Source: Camelus dromedarius (Eukaryota). Taken from it: a DNA stretch of 64,000 nucleotides. The notes below the pieces were generated by a model, which ran no database searches, was not told the origin of the DNA, and saw only the letters and a program-made list of their open reading frames with translations. Of this stretch, positions 26,901 through 39,091 are shown piece after piece (the first letter of the stretch is position 1; each line of letters begins with the position of its first letter). The position numbers and the translations under genes were made by a program. Where the stretch lies: contig NC_087436.1 in assembly GCF_036321535.1 (NCBI RefSeq), positions 3,038,001 to 3,102,000 of the forward strand, in the 5' to 3' direction.

Positions 26901-29900
26901 TGTATGGAGTGTTGTTTGCAACTGAAAAGAAACTTTGTGTTCCCACCAAGCTAGTTGAAGGACGACTTTCACACACACTTATCTCTCAGAACTGAGCATG
27001 TGGAGAGACGTTCGTTCATCTAGCACAAATTGAACAGGTTGCAGGAGAAACTTTTACTCTGGTTTCTCAGTCTGATTAATATTGCCGGTTTGAAGTTCCT
27101 GCAGTTTTCACTGTAAAACCGAGTTGGTTATAGTACCTACCCATATATAAGTATGGAGTGGGGTTTGCAACTTAAAAGAAACTTTTTGTTCCCAACAAGC
27201 TAGGTGAAGGACGGCTTTCACACACAGTTAACTCTCAGAACTGAGCATGTGGTGAGACGTTCGTTCATCTAGCACAAAGGGAACGGGTTGCAGGAGAATC
27301 TTTTACTCTGGTTTCTCAGACTGTTTCCTAGTCCCAGTTTATTCTTCCTGCAGTTTTCACTGTAAAACCGAGTTGGAGCTACTACCTCCCCATATATATG
27401 TATAGAATGGAGTTTGCAACTGAAAAGAAACTTTGTGTCCCCAAAAAGCTTGGTGAAGTACGGCTTTCACACACACTTATCTCTCAGAACTGAGCATGTG
27501 GAGAGACGTTCGTTCATCTAGCACAAAGGGAACGGGTTGCAGGAGAAAGTTTTACTCTGGTTTCTCAGTCTGTTTCCTAGTGTCGGTTTGAAGTTCCTGA
27601 ATTATTCACTGTAAAACCGAGTTTGAGATTGTACCTCCCCTTATATATGTATGGAGTGGAGTTTGCAACTGTAAAGGAACTTTGTGTTCCCAACAAGCTA
27701 GTTGAAGAACGGCTTTCACCCACACTTATCTCTCAGAACTGAGCATGTGGAGAGACGTTCATTAATTTAGCACAAAGGAATCAGGTTGCAGGATAAACTT
27801 TTACTCTGGTTTCTCAGTCTGCTTCCTAGTGCCGGTTTGAAGTTCCTGCAGTTTTCACTGTAAAACCGAATTGGACCTAGTACTTCCCCATATATACTTA
27901 TGGAGTGGAGTTTGCACCTGAAAAGGATCTTAGTGTTCCCAACATGCTAGTTGAAGGACGGCTTTCATAAACACCTATTTCTGAGAAATGAGCATGTGGA
28001 GAGACGTTCGTTCATCTAGCAAAAAGTGAAAGGGTTGCAGGAAAACTTTTACTCTGGTTTCTCAGTCTGTTTCCTACTGCCAGCTTGAAGTTCCTGCAGT
28101 TTTCACGGTAAAACCGAGTTGGAGCTAGTACCTCCCCATATATATGTATGGAATGGTGTTTGCAAGTGAAAGGAAACTTTGTGTTCCCAAGAAGCTAGTT
28201 GAAGGACGGCTTTCACACACAATTATCTCTCAGCACTTAGCATGTGGAGAGACGTTCGTTCATCTAGCACAAAGGGAACGGGTTGCAGGAGAAACTTTTA
28301 CTCTGGTTTCTCAGTCTGTTTCCTAGTGCCGGTTTGAAGTTCCTGCAGTTTTCACTGTAAAACAGATTTGGAGCTTGTACCTCCCCATATATATGTATGG
28401 AGTGGAGTTTGCAAATGAAAAGAAGCTTTGTGTTCCCAACAAGCTAGGTGAAGGACGGCTTTCACACACAGTTATCTCTCAGACCTGAGAATGTGGAGAG
28501 ACGTTCGTTCATCTACCACAAAGGAAATGGTTTGAGGGGAAACTTTTACTCTGGTTTCTCAGTCTGTTTCCTAGTGCTGGTTTGAAGTTCCTTTAGTTTT
28601 CACTGTAAAACCGATTTGGAGCTAGTACCTCATCATATATATGTATGGAGTGGAGTTTGCAATTGAAAAGAAATTTTGTGTTCCCAAAAAGCTAGGTGAA
28701 GAACGGCTCTCACACACAATTATCTCAGAGAACTGAGCATGTGGAGAGACGTTCGTTCATCTAGCACAAAGAAAAGGGTAGCAGGAGAAACTTTTACTCT
28801 GGATTCTCTGTCTGTTTCCTAGTGCCGGATTCGAGTTCCTGCAGTTTTCACTGTAAAACCGAGTTGGAGCTAGTACCTCCACATATATATTTATGGAGTG
28901 GAGTTTGCAAGTGAAAAGTAACTTTGTGTTCCCAACAAGCATGTTGAATGACGGCTTTCACACACACTTATCTCTCAGAAATGAGCATGTTGATAGACGT
29001 TCGTTCATCTAGCACAAAGGGAACGATTTGCAAGAGAAACTTTTACTCTGGTTTCTCAGTCTGTTTCCTAGTGCCGGTTTGAAGTTCCTGCAGTTTTCAC
29101 TGTAAATTCGAGTTGGAGCTAGTACCCCCCCATATATATGTATGGAGTGGAGTTTGCACCTGAAAAGAAACTTTGTGTTATCAAAGAGCTAGGTGAAGTA
29201 TGGCTTTCACACTCACTTATGTCTCAGAACTGATTATGTGGAGAGACGTTCGTTCATCTAGCACAAAGGGAACGGGTTGCAGGAAAAACTTTTCTCTGGT
29301 TTCTCAGTCTGTTTCCTAGTACCGGTTGGTTGTTCCTGCAGTTTCCACTATTAAACCGAGTTGGATCTAGTACCTCCCCATATTTATGTATGGTGTGGAG
29401 TTTGCAACTGAAAAGAAACTTTGTGTTCCCAACAAGATAAGTGAAGGACGGCTTTCACACACAGATAACTCTCAGAACTGAGCATGTGCAGAGACGTTCG
29501 TTCATCTAGCACAAAGGAAAGGGGTTTCAGGGGAAACTTTTACTCAGGTTTCTCAGTCTGTTTCCTAGTGCTGGTTTGAAGTTCCTTTAGTTTTCACTGT
29601 ACAACCGAGTTGGAGCTAGTACCTACCCATAAATATGTATGGAGTGGAGTTTGCAACTGAAAAGAAGCTTTGTGTTCCCAACAAGCTAGGTGAAGGACGG
29701 CTTTCACACACACTTATATCTCAGAACTGAGCATGTGGAGAGACGTTCGTTCATCTAGCACAAAGGGAACTGGTTGCAGGAGAAACTTTTACTCTGGTTT
29801 CTCAGTCTGTTTCCTAGTGCCGGTTTGAAGTTCCTGCAGTTTTCACTGTAAAAGAGATTTGAAGCTAGTACCTCCACATATATATTTATGGAGTGGAGTT

Positions 29901-32900
29901 TGCAACTGAAAAGAAACTTTGTGTTCCCAACAAGCTAGTTGAAGAACGGCTTTCACACACACTTTTGTCTCAGAACTGAGCATGTGGAGAGACGTTCGTT
30001 CATTTAGCACAAAGAATCGGGTTGCAGTAGAAACTTTTACTCTGGTTTCTCAGTCTGTTTCCTAGGGCCGGTGTGAAGTTCCTGCAGTTTTCACTGTAAA
30101 ACACAGTTGGAGCTTGTACCTCCCCTTATATATGTATGGAGTGGAGTTTGCAACTGAAAAGAAACTTTGTGTTCCCAACAAGCTAGGTGAAGGACGGCTT
30201 TCACACACAGTTAAATCTCAGATTTGAGCATGTTGAGAGACGTTCGTTCATCTAGCACAAAGGAAACGGGTTGCAGGGGAAACTTTTACTCAGGTTTCTC
30301 AGTCTGTTTCCTAGTGCTGGTTTGAAGTTCCTTTAGTTTTCACTGTAAAACCGAGTTGGAGCTTCTACTTCCCCATATATATGTATGGAGTGGAGTTTGA
30401 AACTGAAAAGAAGATTTGTGTTCCCAACAAGCTAGGTGAAGGACGGCTTCACACACACTTATGTCTCAGAACTGAGTATGTGGAGAGACGTTCGTTCTTC
30501 TAGCACAAAGGGAACGGGTTGCAGGAGAAACTTTTACTCTGGTTTCTCAGTCTGTTTCCTAGTACCGGTTGGTTGTTCCTGCAGTTTCCACTGTTAAACC
30601 GAGTTGGATCTAGTACCTCCCCATATTTATGTATGGTGTGGAGTTTGCAACTGAAAAGAAACTTTGTGTTCCCAACAAGCTAGGTGAAAGACGGCTTTCA
30701 CACAAAGTTAAATCTCAGAACAGAGCATGTGGAGAGATCTTCGTTCTTCTAGCACAAAGGGAACGGGTTGCAGTAGAAACTTTTACCCTGCTTTCTCACT
30801 ATGTTTCATGTTGCCGCTTTGAAGTTCCTGCAGTTTTCACTGTAAAGCCTTGTTGGAGCTAGTACCTCCCCATATATATGTATGGAGTTAAGTTTGCAAC
30901 TGAAAAGAAACATTGTGTTCCCAACAAGCTAGTTGAAGTACGGCTTTCACACACACTTATCTCTCAGAACTTAACATGTGGAGAGACCTTCGTTCATCTA
31001 GCACAAAAGGAGCGGGTTGCAGGGGAAAGTATTACTCTGGTTTCTCAGTCTGTTTCCTAGTGCCGTTTTGAAGTTCCTTTAGTTTTCTCTGTAAAACCGA
31101 TTTGGAGCTAGTACTTCCCCATATTTATGTATGGTGTGGAGTTTGCAACTGAAAAGAAACTTTGTGTTCAAAACAAGCTAGGTGAAGGACGGCTTTCACA
31201 CACAGTTAAGTCTCAGAACTGAGCATTTGCAGAGACGTTCGTTCATCTAGCACAAAGGTAAGGGGTTTCAGGGGAAACTTTTTCTCAGGTTTCTCAGTCT
31301 GTTTCCTAGTGCTGGTTTGAAGTTCCTTTAGTTTTCACTGTAAAACCGAGTTGGAGCTAGTACCTACCCATATATATGTATGGAGTGGAGTTTGCAACTG
31401 AAAAGAAGCTTTGTGTTCCCAACAAGCTAGGTGAAGGACGGCTTTCACACACACTTATATCTCAGAACTGAGCATGTGGAGAGACGTTCGTTCATCTAGC
31501 ACAAAGGGAACTGGATGCAGGAGAAACTTTTACTCTGGTTTCTCAGTCTGTTTCCTAGTGCCGGTTTGAAGTTCCTGCAGTTTTCACTGTAAAAGAGATT
31601 TGAAGCTAGTACCTCCCCATATATATTTATGGAGTGGAGTTTGCAACTGAAAAGAAACTTTGTGTTCCCAACAAGCTAGTTGAAGAACGGCTTTCACACA
31701 CAATTTTCTCTCAGAACTGAGCATGTGGAGAGACGTTCGTTCATTTAGCACAAAGAATCGGGTTGCAGTAGAAACTTTTACTCTGGTTTCTCAGTCTGTT
31801 TCCTAGGGCCGGTATGTAGTTCCTGCAGTTTTCACTGTAAAACAGAGTTGGAGCTAGTACCTCCCCTTATATATGTATGGAGTGGAGTTTGCAACTGAAA
31901 AGAAACTTTGTGTTCCCAACACGCTATTTGAAGGACGGCTTTCACACACACATATCTTTCAGATCTGAGCATGTGGAGAGACGTTCGTTCATCTAGCAAA
32001 AATGGAACGGGTTGCAGGAGAAACTGTTACTCTGGTTTCTCAGTCTGTTTCCTAGTGCCGGTTTGAAGTTCCTGAAGTTTTCACTGTAAAACAGTGTTGA
32101 AGCTAGTACCTCCCCATATAAATGTATGGAGTGGAGTTTTCAACTGAAAACAAACTTTGTGTTCCCAACAAGCTAGTTGAACAACGGCTTTCAAACACAC
32201 TTTAATCTCAGAACTGAGCATGTGGAGAGACGTTCGTTCATTTAGCACAAATAATCGGGTTGAAGGAGAAACTTTTCTCCTTTTTCTCAGTCTATTTCCT
32301 AGTGCCGGGTTGAAGTTCTGCAGGTTTCACTGTAAAACCTAGTTGGAGATAGTACTTCCCCATATATATTTATGGAGTGGAGTTTGCAACTGAAAAGGAA
32401 CTTTGTGTTCGAACAAGCTAGGTGAAGGACGGCTTTCACACACACATATATCTCAGAACTGAGCATGTGGAGAGACGTTCGTTCACCTAGCACAAATGGA
32501 ACTGGTTGCAGGAGAAACTTTTACTCTGGTTTCTCAGTATGTTTCCTGTTGCCGGTTTGAAGTTCCTGCAGTTTTCACTGTAAAACCGAGTTGGAGCTAG
32601 TACATCCCCATATATTTGTATGGAGTGGAGTTTGCAAATGAAAAGAAACTTTGTGTTCCCAACAACCTAGGTGAAGGACGGCTCTCACACACACTTATCT
32701 CAGAGAACTGAGCATGTGGAGAGACGTTCGTTCATCTAGCACAAAGAAACGGGTAGCAGGAGAAACTTTTACTCTGGATTCTCAGTCTGTTTCCTAGTGC
32801 CGGATTCGAGTTCCTGCAGTTTTCACTGTAAAAACGAGTTGGAGCTAGTTCCTCCACATATATATTTATGGAGTGGAGTTTGCAAGTGAAAAGTAACTTT

Positions 32901-35900
32901 GTGTTCCCAACAAGCTTGTTGAATGACGGCTTTCACACACACTTATCTCTCAGAAATAAGCATGTTGATACACGTACGTTCATCTAGCACAAAGGGAACG
33001 GTATGCAGGAGAAACTTTTACTCTGGTTTCTCAGTCTGTTTCCTAGTGCCGGTTTGAAGTTCCTGCAGTTTTCACTGTAAATATGAGTTGGAGCTAGTAC
33101 CCCCCCATATATATGTATGGAGTGGAGTTTGCAACTGAAAAGAAATTTTGTGTTCCCAAAGAGCTAGGTGAAGTACGGCTTTCACACTAACTTATGTCTC
33201 AGAACTGAGTATGTGGAGAGACGTTCGTTCTTCTAGCACAAATGGAACGGGTTGCAGGAGAAACTTTTCTCTGGTTTCTCAGTCTGTTTCCTAGTACCGG
33301 TTGGTTGTTCCTGCAGTTTCCACTATTAAACCGAGTTGCATCTAGTACCTCCCCATATTTATGTATGGTGTGGAGTTTGCAACTGAAAAGAAACTTTGTG
33401 TTCCCAACAAGCTAAGTGAAGGACGGCTTTCACACACATTTAACTCTCAGAACTGAGCATGTGCAGAGACTTTCGTTCATCTAGCACAAAGGAAAGGGGT
33501 TTCAGGGGAAACTTTTACTCAGGTTTCTCAGTCTGTTTCCTAGTGCTGGTTTGAAGTTCCTTTAGTTTTCACTGTAAAACCGAGTTGGATCTAGTACCTA
33601 CCCATATATATGTATGGAGTGGAGGTTGCAACTGAAAAGAAGCTTTGTGTTCCCAACAAGCTATGTGAAGGGCAGCTTTCACACACACTTATATCTCAGA
33701 ACTGAGCATGTGGAGAGACGTTCGTTCATCTAGTACAAATTGAACGGGTTGCAGGAGAAACTTTTACTCTGGTTTCTCAGTCTGTTTCCTAGTGCCGGTT
33801 TGAAGTTCCTGCAGTTTTCACTGTAAAAGAGATTTGAAGCTAGTACCCCCCCATATATATTTATGGAGTGGAGTTTGCAACTGAAAAGAAACTTTGTGTT
33901 CCCAACAAGCTAGTTGAAGAACGGCTTTCACACACACTTTTCTCTCAGAAGTGAGCATGTGGAGAGACGTTCGTTCATTTAGCACAAAGAATCGGGTTGC
34001 AGTAGAAACTTTTACTCTGGTTTCTCAGTCTGTTTCCTAGGGCCGGTGTGAAGTTCCTGCAGTTTTCACTGTAAAACAGAGTTGGAGCTAGTACCTCCCC
34101 TTATATATGTATGGAGTGGAGTTTGCAACTGAAAAGAAACTTTGTGTTCCCAACACGCTATTTGAAGGACGGCTTTCACACACACATATCTCTCAGATCT
34201 GAGCATGTGGAGAGACGTTCGTTCATCTAGCAAAAATGGAACGGGTTACAGGAGAAACTGTTACTCTGGTTTCTCAGTCTGTTTCCTAGTGCCGGTTTGA
34301 AGTTCCTGAAGTTTTCACTGTAAAACAGTGTTGAAGCTAGTACCTCCCCATATAAATGTATGGAGTGGAGTTTTCAACTGAAAACAAACTTTGTGTTCCC
34401 AACAAGCTAGTTGAAGTACGGCTTTCACACACACTTATCTCTCAGAATTTAACATGTGGAGAGACCTTCGTTCATCTAGCACAAAAGGAACGGGTTGCAG
34501 GGGAAACTTTTCTCTGGTTTCTCAGTCTGTTTCCTAGTACACGGTGTTGTTCCTGCACTTTTCATTGTAAAACCGAGTTGGAGCTAGTACCTCCCCATAT
34601 ATATGTATGGTGTGGAGTTTGCAAGTGAAAAGAAACTTGTGTTCCCAACAAGCTAGGTGAAGGACGGCTTTCACACACACTTATCTCTCAGAATTGAGCA
34701 TGTGGAGAGACGTTCGTTCATCTAGCCCAAAGGGAACGGGTTGCAGGGGAAACTTTTACTCTGGTTTCTCAGTCTGTTTCCTAGTGCCGGTTTGAAGTTC
34801 CTGCAGTTTTCACTGTAAAACCGAGTTGGAGATAGTACCCCCCATATATATATGTATGGAGTGGAGTTTGCAAGTGAAAAGAAACTTTGTGTTCCCAAGA
34901 AGCTAGGTGAATGACGGCTTTCACACACACTTATCTCTCAGAACTGAGCATGTGGAGAGACGTTTGTTCTTCTAGCACAAATGGAACGGGTTGCAGGAGA
35001 AACTTTTCTCATTTTTCTCAGTCTATTTCCTAGTGCCGTGTTGAAGTTCATGCAGGTTTCACTGTAAAACCGAGTTGGAGATAATACTTCCCCATATATA
35101 TGTATGGATTGGAGTTTGCAACTGAAAAGAAGCTTTGTGTTCCCAACAAGCTTGGTGAAGTACGGCTTTTACACACACATATCCCTCAGAACTGAGCATG
35201 TGGAGAGACGTTCGTTCATCTAGCACAAAGGGAACGGGTTGCAGGAGAAACTTTTCTCTGGTTTCTCAGTCTATTTCCTAGTGCCGGTTTGAAGTTCCTT
35301 AATGTTTCACTGTAAAACCGAGTTGGAACTAGTACTTCCCCATATATATTTATGGAGTGGAGTTTTCAAGTGAAAAGAAGCTTTGTGTTCCCAACAAGCA
35401 ATGTGAAGGACGGCTTTCACACACACTTATCTCTCAGAAATGAGCATGTGCAGAGACGTTCGTTCATCTAGCACAAAAGAACGGGTTGCAGGAGAAACAT
35501 TTTCTCTGGTTTCTCAGTCTGTTTCCTAGTGCCGGTTTGAAGTTCCTGCAGTTTTCACTGTAAAACCGAGTTGGAGCTAGTACCTACCCCTATATATGTA
35601 TGGAGTGGAGTTTGCAACTGAAAAGAAGCTTTGTGTTCCCAACAAGCTTGGTGTAGTACGGCTTTCACACACACTTATCTCTCAGAACTGAGCATGTGGA
35701 GAGACGTTCGTTCATCTAGAAAAAGGAACGGGTTGCAGGAGAAACTTTTACTCTGGTTTCTCATTCTGTTTCCTAGTGCCGGTTTGAAGGTCCTGCAGTT
35801 TTCATTGTAAAACCGAGTTGCAGCTAGAACCTACCCAAATATAAGTATGGAGTGGAGTTTGCAACTGAAAAGAAACTTTGATTTCCAACAAGCTAGGTGA

Positions 35901-38900
35901 AGGACGGCTTTCACACACAGTTATCTCTCAGAACTGAGCATGTGGAGAGACGTTCATTCATCTAGCACAAAGAGAACGGTTTGCAGGGGAAACTTTTACT
36001 CTGGTTTCTCAGACTATTTCCTAGTGCCGGTTTGAAGTTCCTGCAGGTTTCACTGTAAAAACGAGTTGGAGTTGTACCTTCCCATATATAAGTATGGAGT
36101 GGAGTTTGCAACTGAAAAGAAACTTTGTGTTCCCAAAAAGCTAAGTGAAGGACGGCTTTCACACACAGTTAACTCTCAGAACTGAGCATGTGGAGAGACG
36201 TTCGTTCATCTAGCACAAAGGAAACGTGTTGCAGGGGAAACTTTAACTCTGGTTTCTCAGTCTGTTTCCTAGTACCGGTTTGAAGTTCCTTTAGTTTTCA
36301 CTGTAAACCCGAGTTGGGGCTAGTACATCCCCATATATTTGTATGGAGTGGAGTTTGCAACTGAAAAGAAGCTTTGTGTTCCAAACAAGCTAGGTGAAGG
36401 ACGGCTTTCACACACACTTATCTCTCAGAATTGAGCATGTGGAGAGACGTTCGTTCATCTTGCACAAAGGGAACGTTTTGCAGGAGAAACTTTTACTCTG
36501 GTTTCTCAGTCTGTTTCCTAGTACCGGTTTGTTGTTCCTGCCGTTTTCACTGTAAAACCGAGTTGGAGCTAGTACCTCCCCATATATATGTATGGAGTGG
36601 AGTTTGCAAATTAAAAGAAACTTTGTGTTCCCAAGAAGCTATGTGAAAGACGTCCTTCACACACACTTATCTATCAGAACTGAGCATGTGGAGAGACGTT
36701 CATTCATCTAGCACAAAGGGAACGGTTTGCAGGAGAAACTTTTACTCTGGTTTCTCAGTCTATTTCCTAGTGCCGGTTTGAAGTTCCTGCAGGTTTCACT
36801 GTAAAATCGATTTTGAGCTAGTACCTACCCATATATATGTATGGAGTGCAGTTTGCAACTGAAAAGAAACTTTGTGTTCCCAAAAAGCTAGGTGAAGTTC
36901 GGCTTTCACACACACTTATCTCTCAGAAATGAGCATGTGCAGAGACGTTCGTTCATCTAGCACAAAAGAACGGGTTGCAGGAGAAACTTTTACTCTGGTT
37001 TCTCAGTCTGTTTCCTAGTACCGGTTTGTTGTTCCTGCCGTTTTCACTGTAAAACCGAGTTGGAGCTACTACCTCCCCATATATATGTATGGAGTGGAGT
37101 TTGCAATTGAAGAGAAACTTTATGTTCCCAACAAGCTATGTGAAGGATGGCTTTCACACACAGTTAACTCTCAGAACTGAGCATGTGGAGAGACTTTCGT
37201 TCATCTAGCACAAAGGAAACGGTTTGCAGGAGAAACTTTTACTCTGGTTTCTCAGTCTATTTCCTAGTGCCAGTTTGAAGTTCCTGCAGTTTTCACTGTA
37301 AAAACGAATTGGAGCTAGTACCTCCCCATATATATGTATGGAGTGGAGTTTGCAAATGAAAAGAAACTTTGTGTTCCCAACATGCAATGTGAAGGACGGC
37401 TTTCACACACATTTAACTCTCAGAACTGAGCATGTGGAGACACGTTCGTTCATGTAGAACAAAGGAAACGTGTTTCAGGGGAAACTTTTACTCTGGTTTC
37501 TCAGTCTATTTCCTAGTGCCGGTTTGAAGTACCTGCAAGTTTCACTGTAAAAACGAGTTGGAGTTGTACCTTCCCATATATAAGTATGGAGTGGAGTTTG
37601 CAACTGAAAAGAAACTTTGTGTTCCCAAAAAGCTAAGTGAAGGACGGCTTTCACACACAGTTAACTCTCAGAACTGAGCATGTGGAGAGACGTTCGTTCA
37701 TCTAGCACAAAGGAAACGTGTTGCAGGGGAAACTTTAACTCTGGTTTCTCAGTCAGTTTCCTAGTACCGGTTTGAAGTTCCTTTAGTTTTCACTGTAAAC
37801 CCGAGTTGGGGCTAGTACATCCCCATATATTTGTATGGAGTGGAGTTTGCAACTGAAAAGAAGCTTTGTGTTCCAAACAAGCTAGGTGAAGGACGGCTAT
37901 CACACACACTTATCTCTCAGAATTGAGCATGTGGAGAGACGTTCGTTCATCTTGCACAAAGGGAACAGTTTGCAGGAGAAACTTTTACTCTGGTTTCTCA
38001 GTCTGTTTCCTAGTACCGGTTTGTTGTTCCTGCCGTTTTCACTGTAAAATCGAGTTGGAGCTAGTACCTCCCCATATATATGTATGGATTGGAGTTTGCA
38101 AATGAAAAGAAACTTTGTGTTCCCAAGAAGCTATGTGAATGACGGCATTCACACACACTTATCTCTCAGAACTGAGCATGTGGAGAGACGTTCATTCATC
38201 TAGCACAAAGGGAACGGGTTGCAGAAGAAACTTTTACTCTGGTTTCTCAGCCTATTTCCTAGTGCCGGTTTGAAGTTCCTGCAGGTTTCACTGTAAAACC
38301 GATTTGGAGCTAGTACCTACCCATATATATGTATGGAGTGCAGTTTGCAACTGAAAAGAAACTTTGTGTTCCCAAAAAGCTAGGTGAAGGTCGGCTTTAA
38401 CACACACTTATCTCTCAGAAATGAGCATGTGCAGAGACGTTCGTTCATCTAGCACAAAAGAACGGGTTGCAGGAGAAACATTTTCTCTGGTTTCTCAGTT
38501 TGTTTCCTAGTGCCGGTTTGAAGTTCCTGCAGTTTTCACTGTAAAACCGAGTTGGGGCTAGTACCTCCCCATATATATGTATGGAGTGGAGTTTGCAACT
38601 GAAAAGAAGCTTTGTGTTCCAAACAAGCTAGGTGAAGGACGGCTTTCACACACACTTATCTCTCAGAACTGAGCATGTGGAGAGACGATCGTTCATCTTG
38701 CACAAAAGGAACGGTTTGCAGGAGAAATTTTACTCTGCGTTCTCAGTCTTTTTCCTAGTACCGGTTTGTTGTTCCTGCAGTTTTCACTGTAAAACCGATT
38801 TGGAGCTAGTACCTCCCCATATATATGTATGGAGTGGAGTTTGCAAATGAAAAGAAACTTTGTGTTCCCAAGAAGCTATGTGAAAGACGGCTTTCACACA

Positions 38901-39091
38901 CACTTATCTCTCAGAACTGAGCATGTGGAGAGACGTTCATTCATCTAGCAGAAAGAGAAAGGTTTGCAGGAGAAACTTTTACTCTGGTTTCTCAGTCTAT
39001 TTCCAAGTCCCGGTTTGAAGTTCCTGCAGGTTTCACTGTAAAACCGATTTGGAGCTATTACCTCCCCATATATATGTATGGAGTGGAGATT
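23934..39091. repeat. Large tandem block duplication, copy A (15158 bp, 61 monomers)
   Basis: ORFs at 25118, 28144 and 28757 recur at +15157/15158; those at 32299-36431 recur at +16648; 37923 recurs at +16150. Confidence 0.95.
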
